Below are positions 1-9,424 of a DNA stretch of 47,705 nucleotides, in pieces. The DNA is taken from NCBI GenBank assembly GCA_016927495.1, contig JAFGMP010000263.1, forward strand, positions 1-47,705, written 5' to 3'. Positions within the stretch are counted from its first letter, which is position 1, and every line of letters starts with the position of its first letter. The position numbers and the translations under genes are program-made. The notes beneath the pieces are model-generated. The model was not told the origin of the DNA. It did no database searches and saw nothing but the letters and a program-made list of their open reading frames with translations. This DNA comes from Candidatus Latescibacterota bacterium. GTDB lineage: Bacteria; Latescibacterota; Latescibacteria; Latescibacterales; Latescibacteraceae.

Positions 1-707
1 ATGGAAAGAAACAGGAATATTACGAGCTTCGTATCTACAGGACTACAGACGCAGATAAAATGAAAGTGCTGGGTGATTATCTTGATAAAGCGCTGATCCC
101 GGCTCTCGGCAGATTGGGGCTTGACCGTATCGGAGTATTCACCAATATGGATACAACGGATGATTATTCCATGTACCTTTTGATTCCCTATCCGATCCTT
201 GAATTATTCGCTTCGGTAAATCCAAAGCTCCTGGTTGATACAAAATATCAGAATGCATCAAAAAATTATTTCGCTGCTCCTAAAGATGATCCCGTTTTTA
301 CACGAATTCAGAGTAAACTGTACAGGGCATTCGAGGGAATGCCCGTCATTGAAATGCCACAGCAGACGGCCGGCAATAAACCGCGTATTTTTGAGCTGAG
401 AATATACGAGAGCCATACGGAAGAAAAGGCGGCATTAAAAGTCGACATGTTCAACAGCGGTGAGATGCAGGTCATGCGGGATACGGAGTTGGCACCAGTG
501 TTTTACGGTGAAGCTCTTATCGGCGATGACTTGCCTCACCTTGCTTATATGCTGTCCGCCTCTGATCGGGAAACGCATAAAGCGCATTGGGCGAAGTTTG
601 GCGATCATCCGGAATGGTTGCGCATGAAAGTAATGCCAAAATACAAGGATACGGTTTCAAAAATTACCAACTTTTTTCTGATTCCGACGGCATATTCTCA
701 GATATAA
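1..707 (+). CDS. NIPSNAP family protein (two NIPSNAP-like repeats), 5' end outside the window
   Basis: The frame is open upstream of ATG 60 (from base 3: GKKQEYYELRIYRTTDADKM). YELRIY recurs as FELRIY in the second half, and AHWAKFGDHPEW plus the C-terminal LIPTAYSQI are typical of the family. Confidence 0.8.
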   Translation, partial: GKKQEYYELRIYRTTDADKMKVLGDYLDKALIPALGRLGLDRIGVFTNMDTTDDYSMYLLIPYPILELFASVNPKLLVDTKYQNASKNYFAAPKDDPVFTRIQSKLYRAFEGMPVIEMPQQTAGNKPRIFELRIYESHTEEKAALKVDMFNSGEMQVMRDTELAPVFYGEALIGDDLPHLAYMLSASDRETHKAHWAKFGDHPEWLRMKVMPKYKDTVSKITNFFLIPTAYSQI

Positions 708-766
708 AATACGGAAAAGCTACTCTAGTATTTCATAAAAAAAATACCGCTATGGATTGGAGATAA

Positions 767-896
767 GTCTTTTTTCCCTCTCTAAAGGTTAGAGAGGGAA
801 TTAAAGGGTGAGTTCCGGGAGAAGTGGAAGGGAAAAAGTTTTATCACACTCACCCCCTCGATCCCCCTCTCTCGCACGCGAAAGAGAGGGAAGACT
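767..896. repeat. Two inverted copies of a REP-like hairpin element (BIME-like pair); may also act as a bidirectional terminator
   Basis: 767-813 on the minus strand reads ACTCACCCTTTAATTCCCTCTCT-aaccttt-AGAGAGGGAAAAAAGAC. 848-896 on the plus strand reads ACTCACCCCCTCGATCCCCCTCTCT-cgcacgcgaa-AGAGAGGGGAAGAC. The pair lies between convergent genes. Confidence 0.7.
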
Positions 897-953
897 GCCC
901 AATACCATCCTTTATAGTATAAAATTGTGAATAATCCTGTTGCTGTTCTTATC

Positions 954-3900
954 TCACTCAAACGTAACCGTACCCTCACCCTCCGGCACCGTAAAAATCA
1001 CTGTTTTACGGTCCGAATCATACATAAACGTTACCGATTCGCCATTAATATATATGCTTTGCGGCCTTAACGGCACACCGAGTAATATCATACTCTCTTT
1101 GTCGATATAATATTTCATAGATGCTTCGTTGAGTTCGAATGTAACAGGTTCTTTCGATTCAAACAGCAGAGTCCCGTCTTTTGACAGCGTTGTACAGATT
1201 GCGGCGAAAACCTGAGTTTCCGTCCATGTCAGCGCCAGCGCATCGGAGATATATCCACCGGTATCATAGGTTTTTCCGGGGTCAGCGGTAAAAACAAACG
1301 GGATACCGTTTATGGTACCGTTAACACAACCATCATTGCCGGATGAAGTTATATCAAGTTTGTTATCATGTTCGGTGGTCAGAATATTACCGATAACAAG
1401 CGGTTTTCTCTCAGGCCGGGCAGTCAGTTGCAGGTAGCCGTTTCTGACAAGGGGTGAACGGTCAAATTCCCGGAGAAAATGAGGCATTTCCTTTGCTTCG
1501 GCCACTGTATTGCCGGGATATACATGATGTAAAAAAAGTGACACGTCACCCTTGGTGATTGTCGAGAGACCGTTTCCCGCATCGATATCTTTCAGATGTT
1601 CGGACTGATAGAGCAGCGACACATCAACATCGTTTTCAGTTGGTTCGATAGTGTCGAGCATAATCAGCGTCCGGGGCTTTAGGTAGAGCACATTACGCTG
1701 CATCTCTTTGACTTTCCCCCAATACAGCCGTCCTATATCACCGGAAACGAATGCGGCCTGCTCACCATCGAGGAAATGGTTCACGAAAGCATGGTCATCG
1801 AATCCCTCGATGAACGACAGCGGATCACCGGTTCGCTGGCTCTGCGGATTGTGATCGATGAGAATGGTCGAATGGGCAATGGGCTGAGTGTAATGAGACT
1901 CATAGAACGGATCGTCATAATACGCGCTGCCCTGTCGCTCTCCGATCAGGACAGTGCCGCGGTCGGCAAGCCAGAATGTGCCCTGATCGAGATGCTGATG
2001 GTTGTAAAACGGGCCGGAACGCATCACAAACACAAAATCTTCGCTCTCCCATCCGCTTTTAAATACGGTCGTACCGATGTCTTTAAAAAGTCGAACGGGA
2101 TTATCGTCGAACGGGTCATGAACAGGCACATGTTCCGTATCGTATATTAGGTCCATAAGCGTCTTGTTCTTCATAGCCGGGAAAAACATGGTACCGTCAA
2201 GCGGCGGATTGTTTTGCTCTGCCACAAATTCAAATGCATCGACATCCATATTCAGATAGTAATACATCCAGCCGAGCAAAGGATCCTTGTATTTAGGGAG
2301 AAGCCATGCCCATGAATCCATCGGCTGAATGTTTCCCCGTGAATCTCCGAAATAAAAGACTTTTTTATCCCGTATCAGTCCCGCCCAGGCTAATCCGCTA
2401 TATGCGCCATTCAGTTTTTCCGACAGATCGATGTTAAAGACGTTCTCAAGCGCAGGTAGGCATTTTGACCATGACAAAGAAGAGTAATTATAATAGTTAT
2501 ATCCTTCCCCATAGCCGCCATTTCTGCCGATTACATGCTGAATAAGCGCATTCTGCTTGAGGATCGAACCGGTAAAGTACGGTTCCTTGTCTTCATACTC
2601 TGATTCCTCACCATAAATGGCGGCCTGGCACATTATCGATCCGCCCAGAATCGCCGCAATCCAGTTCGATGTGTGATTGGTAACAAGATTGGCATCGACA
2701 TATGATTTATGCACGGGTACAATTACCTGATTTCTGAATGCGTCGCGGATTAGCACCCGTTCGTAGTCATCGAGAAGATCATAAATAAGATCATAGGCGC
2801 AGGCAAAATACATTGCCATGTCACCCATAAAGAGATAAAAATGCCTTCCCCGTTTTTTCATCCAGGGATGATTCCACGAGGGAAATTGAGCATAGGATAT
2901 CAGAAGGGTTTTCGTATACTCTCCTGCCTCGCTGTTTTTGAGTAACGCATAATCCAGAGCGTTCCAGTATGCCACATCTCCGATATTCCGGATACGCTCA
3001 CGTGACCAGGCATAACGTGTTATCAGCCAATCCTCATCGGGAAACTGGTCGAAGTCATAGACAAAAAGACCGGGAGGATAGGAATCACGTAAATGCTGTG
3101 CTTGCGAAGAAATATTTTCTCTGACGGTTCTGAATGTTTCGGTTTTGAGTTTTTCCTTTATATGTTCCATTTGTAAAGAGCTAAACCAGAGCCTTGGATG
3201 AGATTTACCCGGGTTTACCGGTGCTATATAGAGGGTAAATTCCGTTTCCGCCTGTACGTTTCCGTCATGCTGCGCCTTCAGTGTTCCGATATATAAACCG
3301 GGATCCAACAGGAGTCTGATATCTTCCAGATACCATCTGTTTTTGTTTTTCTTGAGTTTTTCCTTTATCATAACCTTGCCACGGTCGGTAAATGGCGATA
3401 ACGTCATCGTAACCGTATCGGCATCAAACGGCCACGATCCGTTGAGTGTAAAAATATCGTTTTGGTGGTAGTGTTTTGCCGGTATATACGGTTTCCATTC
3501 GAGTAGTTTATGCATTGTCGGTTCTGAAAATCTGAACTGAGCCGCTCTTGAACCGTTTATGACGATATCATCGAGACCGAAATAGACCGGCATATCGGGA
3601 TCAGCATCGGGAACCTTAACCAGAACGGCAATTCCATAGACTTTTATCCTCTCTTTACCGTCTAATTTGGTGTTTTCATTAACAAAATCGTTATAGACGA
3701 TTTCAAGTGATACCCAGTGGTTTGCCGTAGGATTTTGTACGGTATAATCAATTTTCCCGTCTGAGGCGGCACCGATACGAACTTTCAGAAATTCAACCGG
3801 TAAATGAGTTTTTATATAATAGCGCAGAGAAATCGATGATTCGGGAGTAATATACATATCAAGTTTTTTTTGAGCGCCAGCATAAACATCATTATGGCTG

Positions 3901-4142
3901 TACGGTGTAACTTTCTGTTCGATGGAAATATTCGGATCACCGGAAATTATCTCATTTACCCGGAAATTATCGTCATAGGCGGTATCCTGCCAGAGTGGAT
4001 ACGATGCCCAGGCTGCCAATTCACGGCTTTCGAAATTTTCGGAATATGTATATGGTTCGAGAATACTGTCTGCAAAAGAATCAGTAATTTTTAAAGATAT
4101 AATTTCAATAGTTATAACTAATACCAGAATCACTTTTCTCAT
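954..4142 (-). CDS. Secreted heparinase II/III-like polysaccharide lyase (DUF4962/alginate-lyase-like helical domain plus Hepar_II_III domain) with a long N-terminal extension
   Basis: Motifs HPRLWFS, NHTSNW, GEGYNYYNY, FGDS, HQHLDQGTF and AHSTILID. ATG 4142 (MRKVILVLVI...) gives a signal-peptide-like start and is preferred over the TTG at 4172. Confidence 0.75.
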   Translation of the reverse strand: MRKVILVLVITIEIISLKITDSFADSILEPYTYSENFESRELAAWASYPLWQDTAYDDNFRVNEIISGDPNISIEQKVTPYSHNDVYAGAQKKLDMYITPESSISLRYYIKTHLPVEFLKVRIGAASDGKIDYTVQNPTANHWVSLEIVYNDFVNENTKLDGKERIKVYGIAVLVKVPDADPDMPVYFGLDDIVINGSRAAQFRFSEPTMHKLLEWKPYIPAKHYHQNDIFTLNGSWPFDADTVTMTLSPFTDRGKVMIKEKLKKNKNRWYLEDIRLLLDPGLYIGTLKAQHDGNVQAETEFTLYIAPVNPGKSHPRLWFSSLQMEHIKEKLKTETFRTVRENISSQAQHLRDSYPPGLFVYDFDQFPDEDWLITRYAWSRERIRNIGDVAYWNALDYALLKNSEAGEYTKTLLISYAQFPSWNHPWMKKRGRHFYLFMGDMAMYFACAYDLIYDLLDDYERVLIRDAFRNQVIVPVHKSYVDANLVTNHTSNWIAAILGGSIMCQAAIYGEESEYEDKEPYFTGSILKQNALIQHVIGRNGGYGEGYNYYNYSSLSWSKCLPALENVFNIDLSEKLNGAYSGLAWAGLIRDKKVFYFGDSRGNIQPMDSWAWLLPKYKDPLLGWMYYYLNMDVDAFEFVAEQNNPPLDGTMFFPAMKNKTLMDLIYDTEHVPVHDPFDDNPVRLFKDIGTTVFKSGWESEDFVFVMRSGPFYNHQHLDQGTFWLADRGTVLIGERQGSAYYDDPFYESHYTQPIAHSTILIDHNPQSQRTGDPLSFIEGFDDHAFVNHFLDGEQAAFVSGDIGRLYWGKVKEMQRNVLYLKPRTLIMLDTIEPTENDVDVSLLYQSEHLKDIDAGNGLSTITKGDVSLFLHHVYPGNTVAEAKEMPHFLREFDRSPLVRNGYLQLTARPERKPLVIGNILTTEHDNKLDITSSGNDGCVNGTINGIPFVFTADPGKTYDTGGYISDALALTWTETQVFAAICTTLSKDGTLLFESKEPVTFELNEASMKYYIDKESMILLGVPLRPQSIYINGESVTFMYDSDRKTVIFTVPEGEGTVTFE

Positions 4143-4294
4143 TGGTTTGAACTCCGAAATTATGAAAAACAATGATTTTACTTCATATTTTATATTTTTA
4201 TTATTACGTATATTAGTGAAATAAACAAAATAATTTTTTCAATTTTACGAAAATATATTTGTTTTCCCCAAACTTTTTTGTATTTTTGGACGCT

Positions 4295-5206
4295 ATGAAA
4301 GAACAGCCGAAAATATCAGGTGTGCTTCCGGTAGTGCATATGCCATATCGTGACAATGATGCTATCGATTTCGATGTGCTCTCCCGTGAGGTCGATCACG
4401 TATTCGATGCCGGTGCGGACGGTATAGTACTGGCGCTTGCATCCGAGTTGACACGTCTGACCAATAATGAACGTTTCGAACTGTCCGAAAAGCTGCCCCA
4501 AATGGCAAATGGCCGTGGCACAGTAACCATCTCGGTCGGGGCCGAGACAACATACCAGGCAGTTAAGTTTGCAGAAGCAGCAGAAAAAGCGGGGGCCGAT
4601 GCGGTTATGGCAGTGCCTCCGTTTATCGCTTCACTGTCAGGAGAGAAAAAATTCGATTATTTCAAATCCATTCATGATGCAATCACAATCCCACTGGTTG
4701 TTCAGGATGCAAGCGGCTACATGGGTGGTGAATCGATGTCAGTAGAACTTCAGGCACGGATGCGTACCGAACTCAGCCCGCGCATCTATTATAAACCCGA
4801 GGGGCTACCCACCGGTCCGACTTTATCAAAGCTTCAGGAAGCGCTCAATAACGAAGGCGTCATCTTCGAAGGAAGCGGAGGATTTCTTCTAATCGATTCT
4901 TATCGCCGCGGTGTTGACGGTACCATGTCCGGTTCGGACCTGATAAAGGGCATCGTTGAAATCTGGCGCGCACTGGAACAGGGGAATGACGCTCGGGCAT
5001 ATGAAGTATATTTCCCGCTGGCAGCCATCGTGCTGCTTCAATCCCCCAACCTCGATACATACCTTGCAATCGAAAAATATCTTCTCGTGAAACAGGGAAT
5101 ATTCAAGAATCAGAAAGTTCGCAAACCTACCTCATATGACCTCGATCCCGGTACAGCCGCCGAGGTTGATCGCCTCTTTGGAAAGCTCGAAACGGTATTA
5201 AATTAA
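4295..5206 (+). CDS. DHDPS/NAL-superfamily enzyme, probably a keto-deoxy sugar-acid dehydratase or aldolase rather than DapA
   Basis: ISGVLPVVHMPY, GADGIV and LTNNER; Schiff-base Lys in YYKPE; Gln (VVQD) at the position of the DapA catalytic Tyr. ATG 4295 is preferred over the TTG at 4259. Confidence 0.8.
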   Translation: MKEQPKISGVLPVVHMPYRDNDAIDFDVLSREVDHVFDAGADGIVLALASELTRLTNNERFELSEKLPQMANGRGTVTISVGAETTYQAVKFAEAAEKAGADAVMAVPPFIASLSGEKKFDYFKSIHDAITIPLVVQDASGYMGGESMSVELQARMRTELSPRIYYKPEGLPTGPTLSKLQEALNNEGVIFEGSGGFLLIDSYRRGVDGTMSGSDLIKGIVEIWRALEQGNDARAYEVYFPLAAIVLLQSPNLDTYLAIEKYLLVKQGIFKNQKVRKPTSYDLDPGTAAEVDRLFGKLETVLN

Positions 5207-5220
5207 ATATCGAGAATTGC

Positions 5221-5571
5221 TACTATTGGTTACAGGCTGTATTTGAAGAAGGAACAAGCAACAAAGTAGCGGCAGAATACTTGGAGACTGAAGTCGAAAT
5301 GTATCGTTCGGGATTCAGCTTAAGTGCCCCCTTCCCCAATCCTTTCAACCCTTCGACAACGATAAATTTTCAGGTGCCGGCCGATACCTATATCACATTA
5401 GCGGTGTATAACGTGTCGGGACAGTTGGTTGCCGTTTTAAGGGATACTATAGTAAGTGCCGGTTATCACTCGGTTGTATGGGATGCTCTCGCTATGCCGA
5501 GCGGCATATATTTTGTTACATTGAAAACCGGAGGATTTGCAGAAACTAGAAAGGTATTGCTGATGAAGTAA
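5221..5571 (+). pseudogene. Orphan C-terminal fragment of a secreted protein (FlgD Ig-like / T9SS type A-like sorting domain)
   Basis: PFPNPFNPSTTI, VYNVSGQLV, GYHSVVWDA, SGIYFV and RKVLLMK. The frame extends upstream as YYWLQAVFEEGTSNKVAAEY to a TGA at 5167, with no signal peptide and no convincing RBS. Confidence 0.65.
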
Positions 5572-5578
5572 TGTGTGA

Positions 5579-5616
5579 AAAACACAGAAACGATTCACCG
5601 TATACATCTGTGTTTT
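5579..5616. terminator. Possible bidirectional terminator hairpin
   Basis: AAAACACAGA-N18-TCTGTGTTTT perfect 10-bp inverted repeat between convergent genes. The long loop weakens the call. Confidence 0.35.
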
Positions 5617-5655
5617 GTTAAATAATAAATTCAGTAGTCAGTTGTGATATGATAA

Positions 5656-6666
5656 TCACTTTTTTATCACACCCGACCAATCCGGCGCCTCATCCATATC
5701 CTTGTCATTGGTTAAAGGCCGCAGATCGGAGCCATCCGGAGCCATAGTATAAATATCACGCATACCGTTACGAAAAGTTATGAATGCAATTCTTGATCCA
5801 TCAGGTGACCAGGTCGGTTTCGTGTCATTCTCGGGGTAATTGGTAAGATTAACCTGATTAGAACCATCTGCATTCATGACAAAAACATCGACTTTTCGAT
5901 CATCAACCTTGATAACCTTATTATTCTTTTCATACTGCCTGCGAAACTCGGTAACATAGTCATTCTGCTTTTCAGGCTCCCGGTCACGGTTTGAAACAAA
6001 AGCGATCTTTGTTCCGTCGGGTGACCATTGCGGCATATCATCACGGTCGGCATGATTAGTAAGGTTAATCTGATTCGAACCGTCGGCGTTCATAACATAT
6101 ATCTCAAAATTATCGTCACGTTTTGTTACAAAGGCAATCCTTGTACCATCGGGCGACCACTGGGGCCGGTTATCCCAGCCATCATGTTGAGTCAGATTTA
6201 TCACATCGGTGCCGTCTGTGTTCATGCTGTAAATCTCAAAATCGCCCTGATATGCAGAATCGAAAATAATCCGTTTGCCGTCAGGCGACCAGTCAGGATG
6301 CCCGTTCCATCCGCGAAATTCGGTAAGTCTTACAAGATTTGTGCCATCGGCATTAACGGTAAATATATCATATGCACTATCCTTTATACGGTTTGACATA
6401 AAAACGATCCGGGTTCCATCCGGAGACCATGCGGGAAACTTGTTCATCCCCCGGCTGTCGGTAATTTTCGTTATTTCTGAACCGTCATCATTCATAGTGA
6501 AAATATCATATCCACCACCGCGGGTAGATTCAAACACAATTTTTGAGGACGATACTTTCCCGGATTGCGGGATTTCTTTTTGTGTACTTTCGTTTTTATC
6601 ACACGAAATTATCAGGGTAAATATCAAACTGCTTAGAGATATGGCAATAAAAAATCTCGATAACAT
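5656..6666 (-). CDS. TolB-like six-bladed beta-propeller (PD40 repeat) lipoprotein
   Basis: Lipobox-like IISC; five PxWSPDG repeats plus a terminal PDWSG; repeated EIYxMNxDG. Confidence 0.85.
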   Translation of the reverse strand: MLSRFFIAISLSSLIFTLIISCDKNESTQKEIPQSGKVSSSKIVFESTRGGGYDIFTMNDDGSEITKITDSRGMNKFPAWSPDGTRIVFMSNRIKDSAYDIFTVNADGTNLVRLTEFRGWNGHPDWSPDGKRIIFDSAYQGDFEIYSMNTDGTDVINLTQHDGWDNRPQWSPDGTRIAFVTKRDDNFEIYVMNADGSNQINLTNHADRDDMPQWSPDGTKIAFVSNRDREPEKQNDYVTEFRRQYEKNNKVIKVDDRKVDVFVMNADGSNQVNLTNYPENDTKPTWSPDGSRIAFITFRNGMRDIYTMAPDGSDLRPLTNDKDMDEAPDWSGVIKK

Positions 6667-6679
6667 TAACTAACTCCGG

Positions 6680-7726
6680 TTACTTAAGAAATGGTGACCA
6701 GGAAGGTGCTTCATCCATTGACTCGTTATTGGTAATTGCGATAACATCCGAACCATCCGCAGCCATTGTGAATATCTCTCTTTTCCCCTCACGTATCGAT
6801 ACGAAAGCAATTCTTGTACCGTCAGGGGACCATGTAGGTATGAAATCATTATTCGGAAAATTTGTAAGATTGACCGGATTGGTACCATCGGCATTCATTA
6901 CGAAAATGTCGTGTTTTTTTCTCGCTTTCATAGCTTTAGCCAGATACTCAGGATCCCCGGCTTCATTTATATCGGGTTTTTCAACTTCTTCCTCTCCTTT
7001 GTGGTCACGATCCGATACAAAAGCTATCTTCATTCCATCGGGTGACCAGGCAGGCATCGTGTCTCTTCCTTCATGTTTCGTTATATTGATCTGATCGGAA
7101 CCGTCAGCATTCATAATATATATTTCTTCATTGTCATCCCGTTTAGAAACAAAAGCAATTCTGGAACCGTCAGGAGACCACTTGGGTTTGGTATCATTCA
7201 GGGGATGGTTTGAAAGATTTATCATCCCGGTTCCATCAGGATTCATTATATAAATTTCGAAGTTTTTATCCCTGGCGGTCTCGAATGCTATCTTGCTTCC
7301 GTCGGGTGACCAGTCAGGATGTCCGTTCCAACCGGGAATTTTTGTAATCATATGAGGATTGGAACCATCGGCATTCATTACATAGATATCTAAAGTATTC
7401 TGTAATCTACGGGTTGATCCAAAAGCTATTTTAGTACCATCAGGTGACCATGCGGGGAATTGGTTACGTCCCTCACCATGAGTTAATTGCATAATACCGG
7501 TGCCATCAGCATTCATAATAAAAATATCGAATGCTCCTTTCAGTGTTGATTCAAAAGCTATTTTGGTTGTCTTTTCCATAGTTGTCATCGGTCGTTTCGG
7601 TGCATAAGCCGATGTACTTTTTTCCTGCTGGTCCTGAATTTCCTGAATTTCTTTATTATCCCCGCAGGATAAAAAAAATAATACTATCAACCAAATTGAT
7701 AATATTCCCCAAAAGTCTTTTTTCAT
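6680..7726 (-). CDS. TolB-like six-bladed beta-propeller (PD40 repeat) lipoprotein, paralog of 5656-6666
   Basis: Lipobox-like FLSC; five PxWSPDG repeats plus a terminal PSWSP; AGGAG RBS upstream; shares GWNGHPDWSPDG with its neighbour. Confidence 0.85.
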   Translation of the reverse strand: MKKDFWGILSIWLIVLFFLSCGDNKEIQEIQDQQEKSTSAYAPKRPMTTMEKTTKIAFESTLKGAFDIFIMNADGTGIMQLTHGEGRNQFPAWSPDGTKIAFGSTRRLQNTLDIYVMNADGSNPHMITKIPGWNGHPDWSPDGSKIAFETARDKNFEIYIMNPDGTGMINLSNHPLNDTKPKWSPDGSRIAFVSKRDDNEEIYIMNADGSDQINITKHEGRDTMPAWSPDGMKIAFVSDRDHKGEEEVEKPDINEAGDPEYLAKAMKARKKHDIFVMNADGTNPVNLTNFPNNDFIPTWSPDGTRIAFVSIREGKREIFTMAADGSDVIAITNNESMDEAPSWSPFLK

Positions 7727-8287
7727 AATAAAACTCCTATGAATTATGAACTGAAATTACGAATTGTAAAATATTGTACTGTAATTTTTACAATACTTAT
7801 TCACAATTAATTATTCAGATAATCTCAATCTTCACAAATACTATTCGAAGTTGAATCCCATAAAAACAATGATATAGCTTTATAGAATAAACATTCTGGT
7901 CTTATTAAGCAATTACAAAATGGAAAATCGACATTGGATCATAAAGGATATGCTCCGGAACATTAATCTCACATGTCATTGTGGCCAAATAAATATTGTA
8001 AAAAAAATTCAATAATAAACTTGTAATTTTCACAGGATTTTCCTATATCAGTGATAAACCCGGATAACAAGTAAAAATATTTAACAGTAAGGGGAAGAAA
8101 AAAAACGTTAATCCTATGAAACAGTATCATCCCTTAACATGTGATTTTTGCTGCAGCCAAGCGAATTAAATACTTTACCTTTCGTTTTTTATAACTGAGT
8201 TGGATTAATCCGAGTGTATTCCAAAAGATAATTAACAAATACTTAAATAAATCTGCAATCACAGTAAAGAAAGGAGCTACATCAGAA

Positions 8288-9361
8288 ATGTCACTCAAAA
8301 AAGCCGGATTATTATTTCTGTTTGCCGTTTTGACCGCATCTCATCTTCACGCTCTCGAACGCCCGGATAAAGAGTTCAAAATCTTCCAGTTTCCTTCGAA
8401 TATGATACCTCGCATCGACGGTAACATCGACGACTGGGCAATTGTATCCGAAGATTATGTAATCGGCACGGAAGAACTCTCCGATACCGAAAAAGGTAAC
8501 GGAACTAATTATGACCGTGATGACCTCGATGTCAGGGTACGTGTCGGCTGGGTAAAAGGCCTTAACCGTCTCTATTTTCTTTACGAAGCTTATGATGACT
8601 ATTGGAATATGTACTATAAACGTGGCGATATTTTTGAGATTGCTGTGGACGCCGACCTGTCTGGCGGACAGTTCATCACAAACGACCAGATAAAAGACAG
8701 ATGGGAAAACCACTTCATGTTCAAGGGGGTGCACGCGCAGAATTACCACATCTTCACTCCGCCCGGGGTAGGCAGGGACTGGGTTTTTGTCTGGGGCTGC
8801 CAACCATGGGTATCAGAACTACCCTATGCGAACCACGCATATTCATACAATTTCAGCGAGGGAGAAAGCGGTAAGCTTGTCCTCGAATTCTGGATCACAC
8901 CGTTCGATTATGCTCCTTATGAAGGCCCTGACCGCGCGGTTGTTTCACAGTTAATAGAAAATACAATTATCGGTCTGTCCTGGTCGATTCTCGATTATGA
9001 CGAGGACAACAGTCAATACGAAGGTTTCTGGAATTTGTCCCATGCGACGAGGATGGACTCGAACGCTTCACGTCAATGTGCTTTCAGGCTCATGCCGCTG
9101 GAAGAAACCTTTTTGCCCCCTATTCTGGCACAGTGGTCATTTAAAGTTATCGATATGGACCGCAGGCTTGTAGCATTCAAAGACCTTTCACACGGTAAAA
9201 TAACTTCATGGCTCTGGGATTTCGATGACGGCACCACATCGACCGAACAACACCCGATTCACCAATATGAAAATCCGGGTGATTATGTCGTGGTGCTTAA
9301 GATTAAAGGGCCCGCCGGAGAAGCACGGCGTGTAAAGGTACGGAATGTGGCAGTGAAATAG
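8288..9361 (+). CDS. Secreted protein with a CBM9-like/sugar-binding N-terminal domain and a C-terminal PKD domain
   Basis: Signal peptide (...HLHA); PRIDGNIDDW; PKD signature FKDLS..ITSWLWDFDDG..STEQHPIHQY..PGDYVV; AAGGAG RBS. Confidence 0.75.
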   Translation: MSLKKAGLLFLFAVLTASHLHALERPDKEFKIFQFPSNMIPRIDGNIDDWAIVSEDYVIGTEELSDTEKGNGTNYDRDDLDVRVRVGWVKGLNRLYFLYEAYDDYWNMYYKRGDIFEIAVDADLSGGQFITNDQIKDRWENHFMFKGVHAQNYHIFTPPGVGRDWVFVWGCQPWVSELPYANHAYSYNFSEGESGKLVLEFWITPFDYAPYEGPDRAVVSQLIENTIIGLSWSILDYDEDNSQYEGFWNLSHATRMDSNASRQCAFRLMPLEETFLPPILAQWSFKVIDMDRRLVAFKDLSHGKITSWLWDFDDGTTSTEQHPIHQYENPGDYVVVLKIKGPAGEARRVKVRNVAVK

Positions 9362-9424
9362 AGGAAGAATACATAGCAATGTATGCATTAATATATGCAT
9401 GATACGGAACATTTATCGTCGGAT

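Noticed and set aside
4259-5206. dapA assignment
   Set aside because: It lacks GTTGE and the catalytic Tyr, and there is no lysine-pathway context.
6028-7094. Plus-strand ORFs with repeated PSGD
   Set aside because: PSGD is the reverse-complement reading of the WSPDG repeats of the TolB-like genes.
5656-7726. Tol-Pal tolB assignment, or a DGR/CRISPR-like reading of the repeats
   Set aside because: There is no TolB N-terminal domain, pal or tolQRA; the repeats are protein-level with diverged codons; no reverse transcriptase is present.
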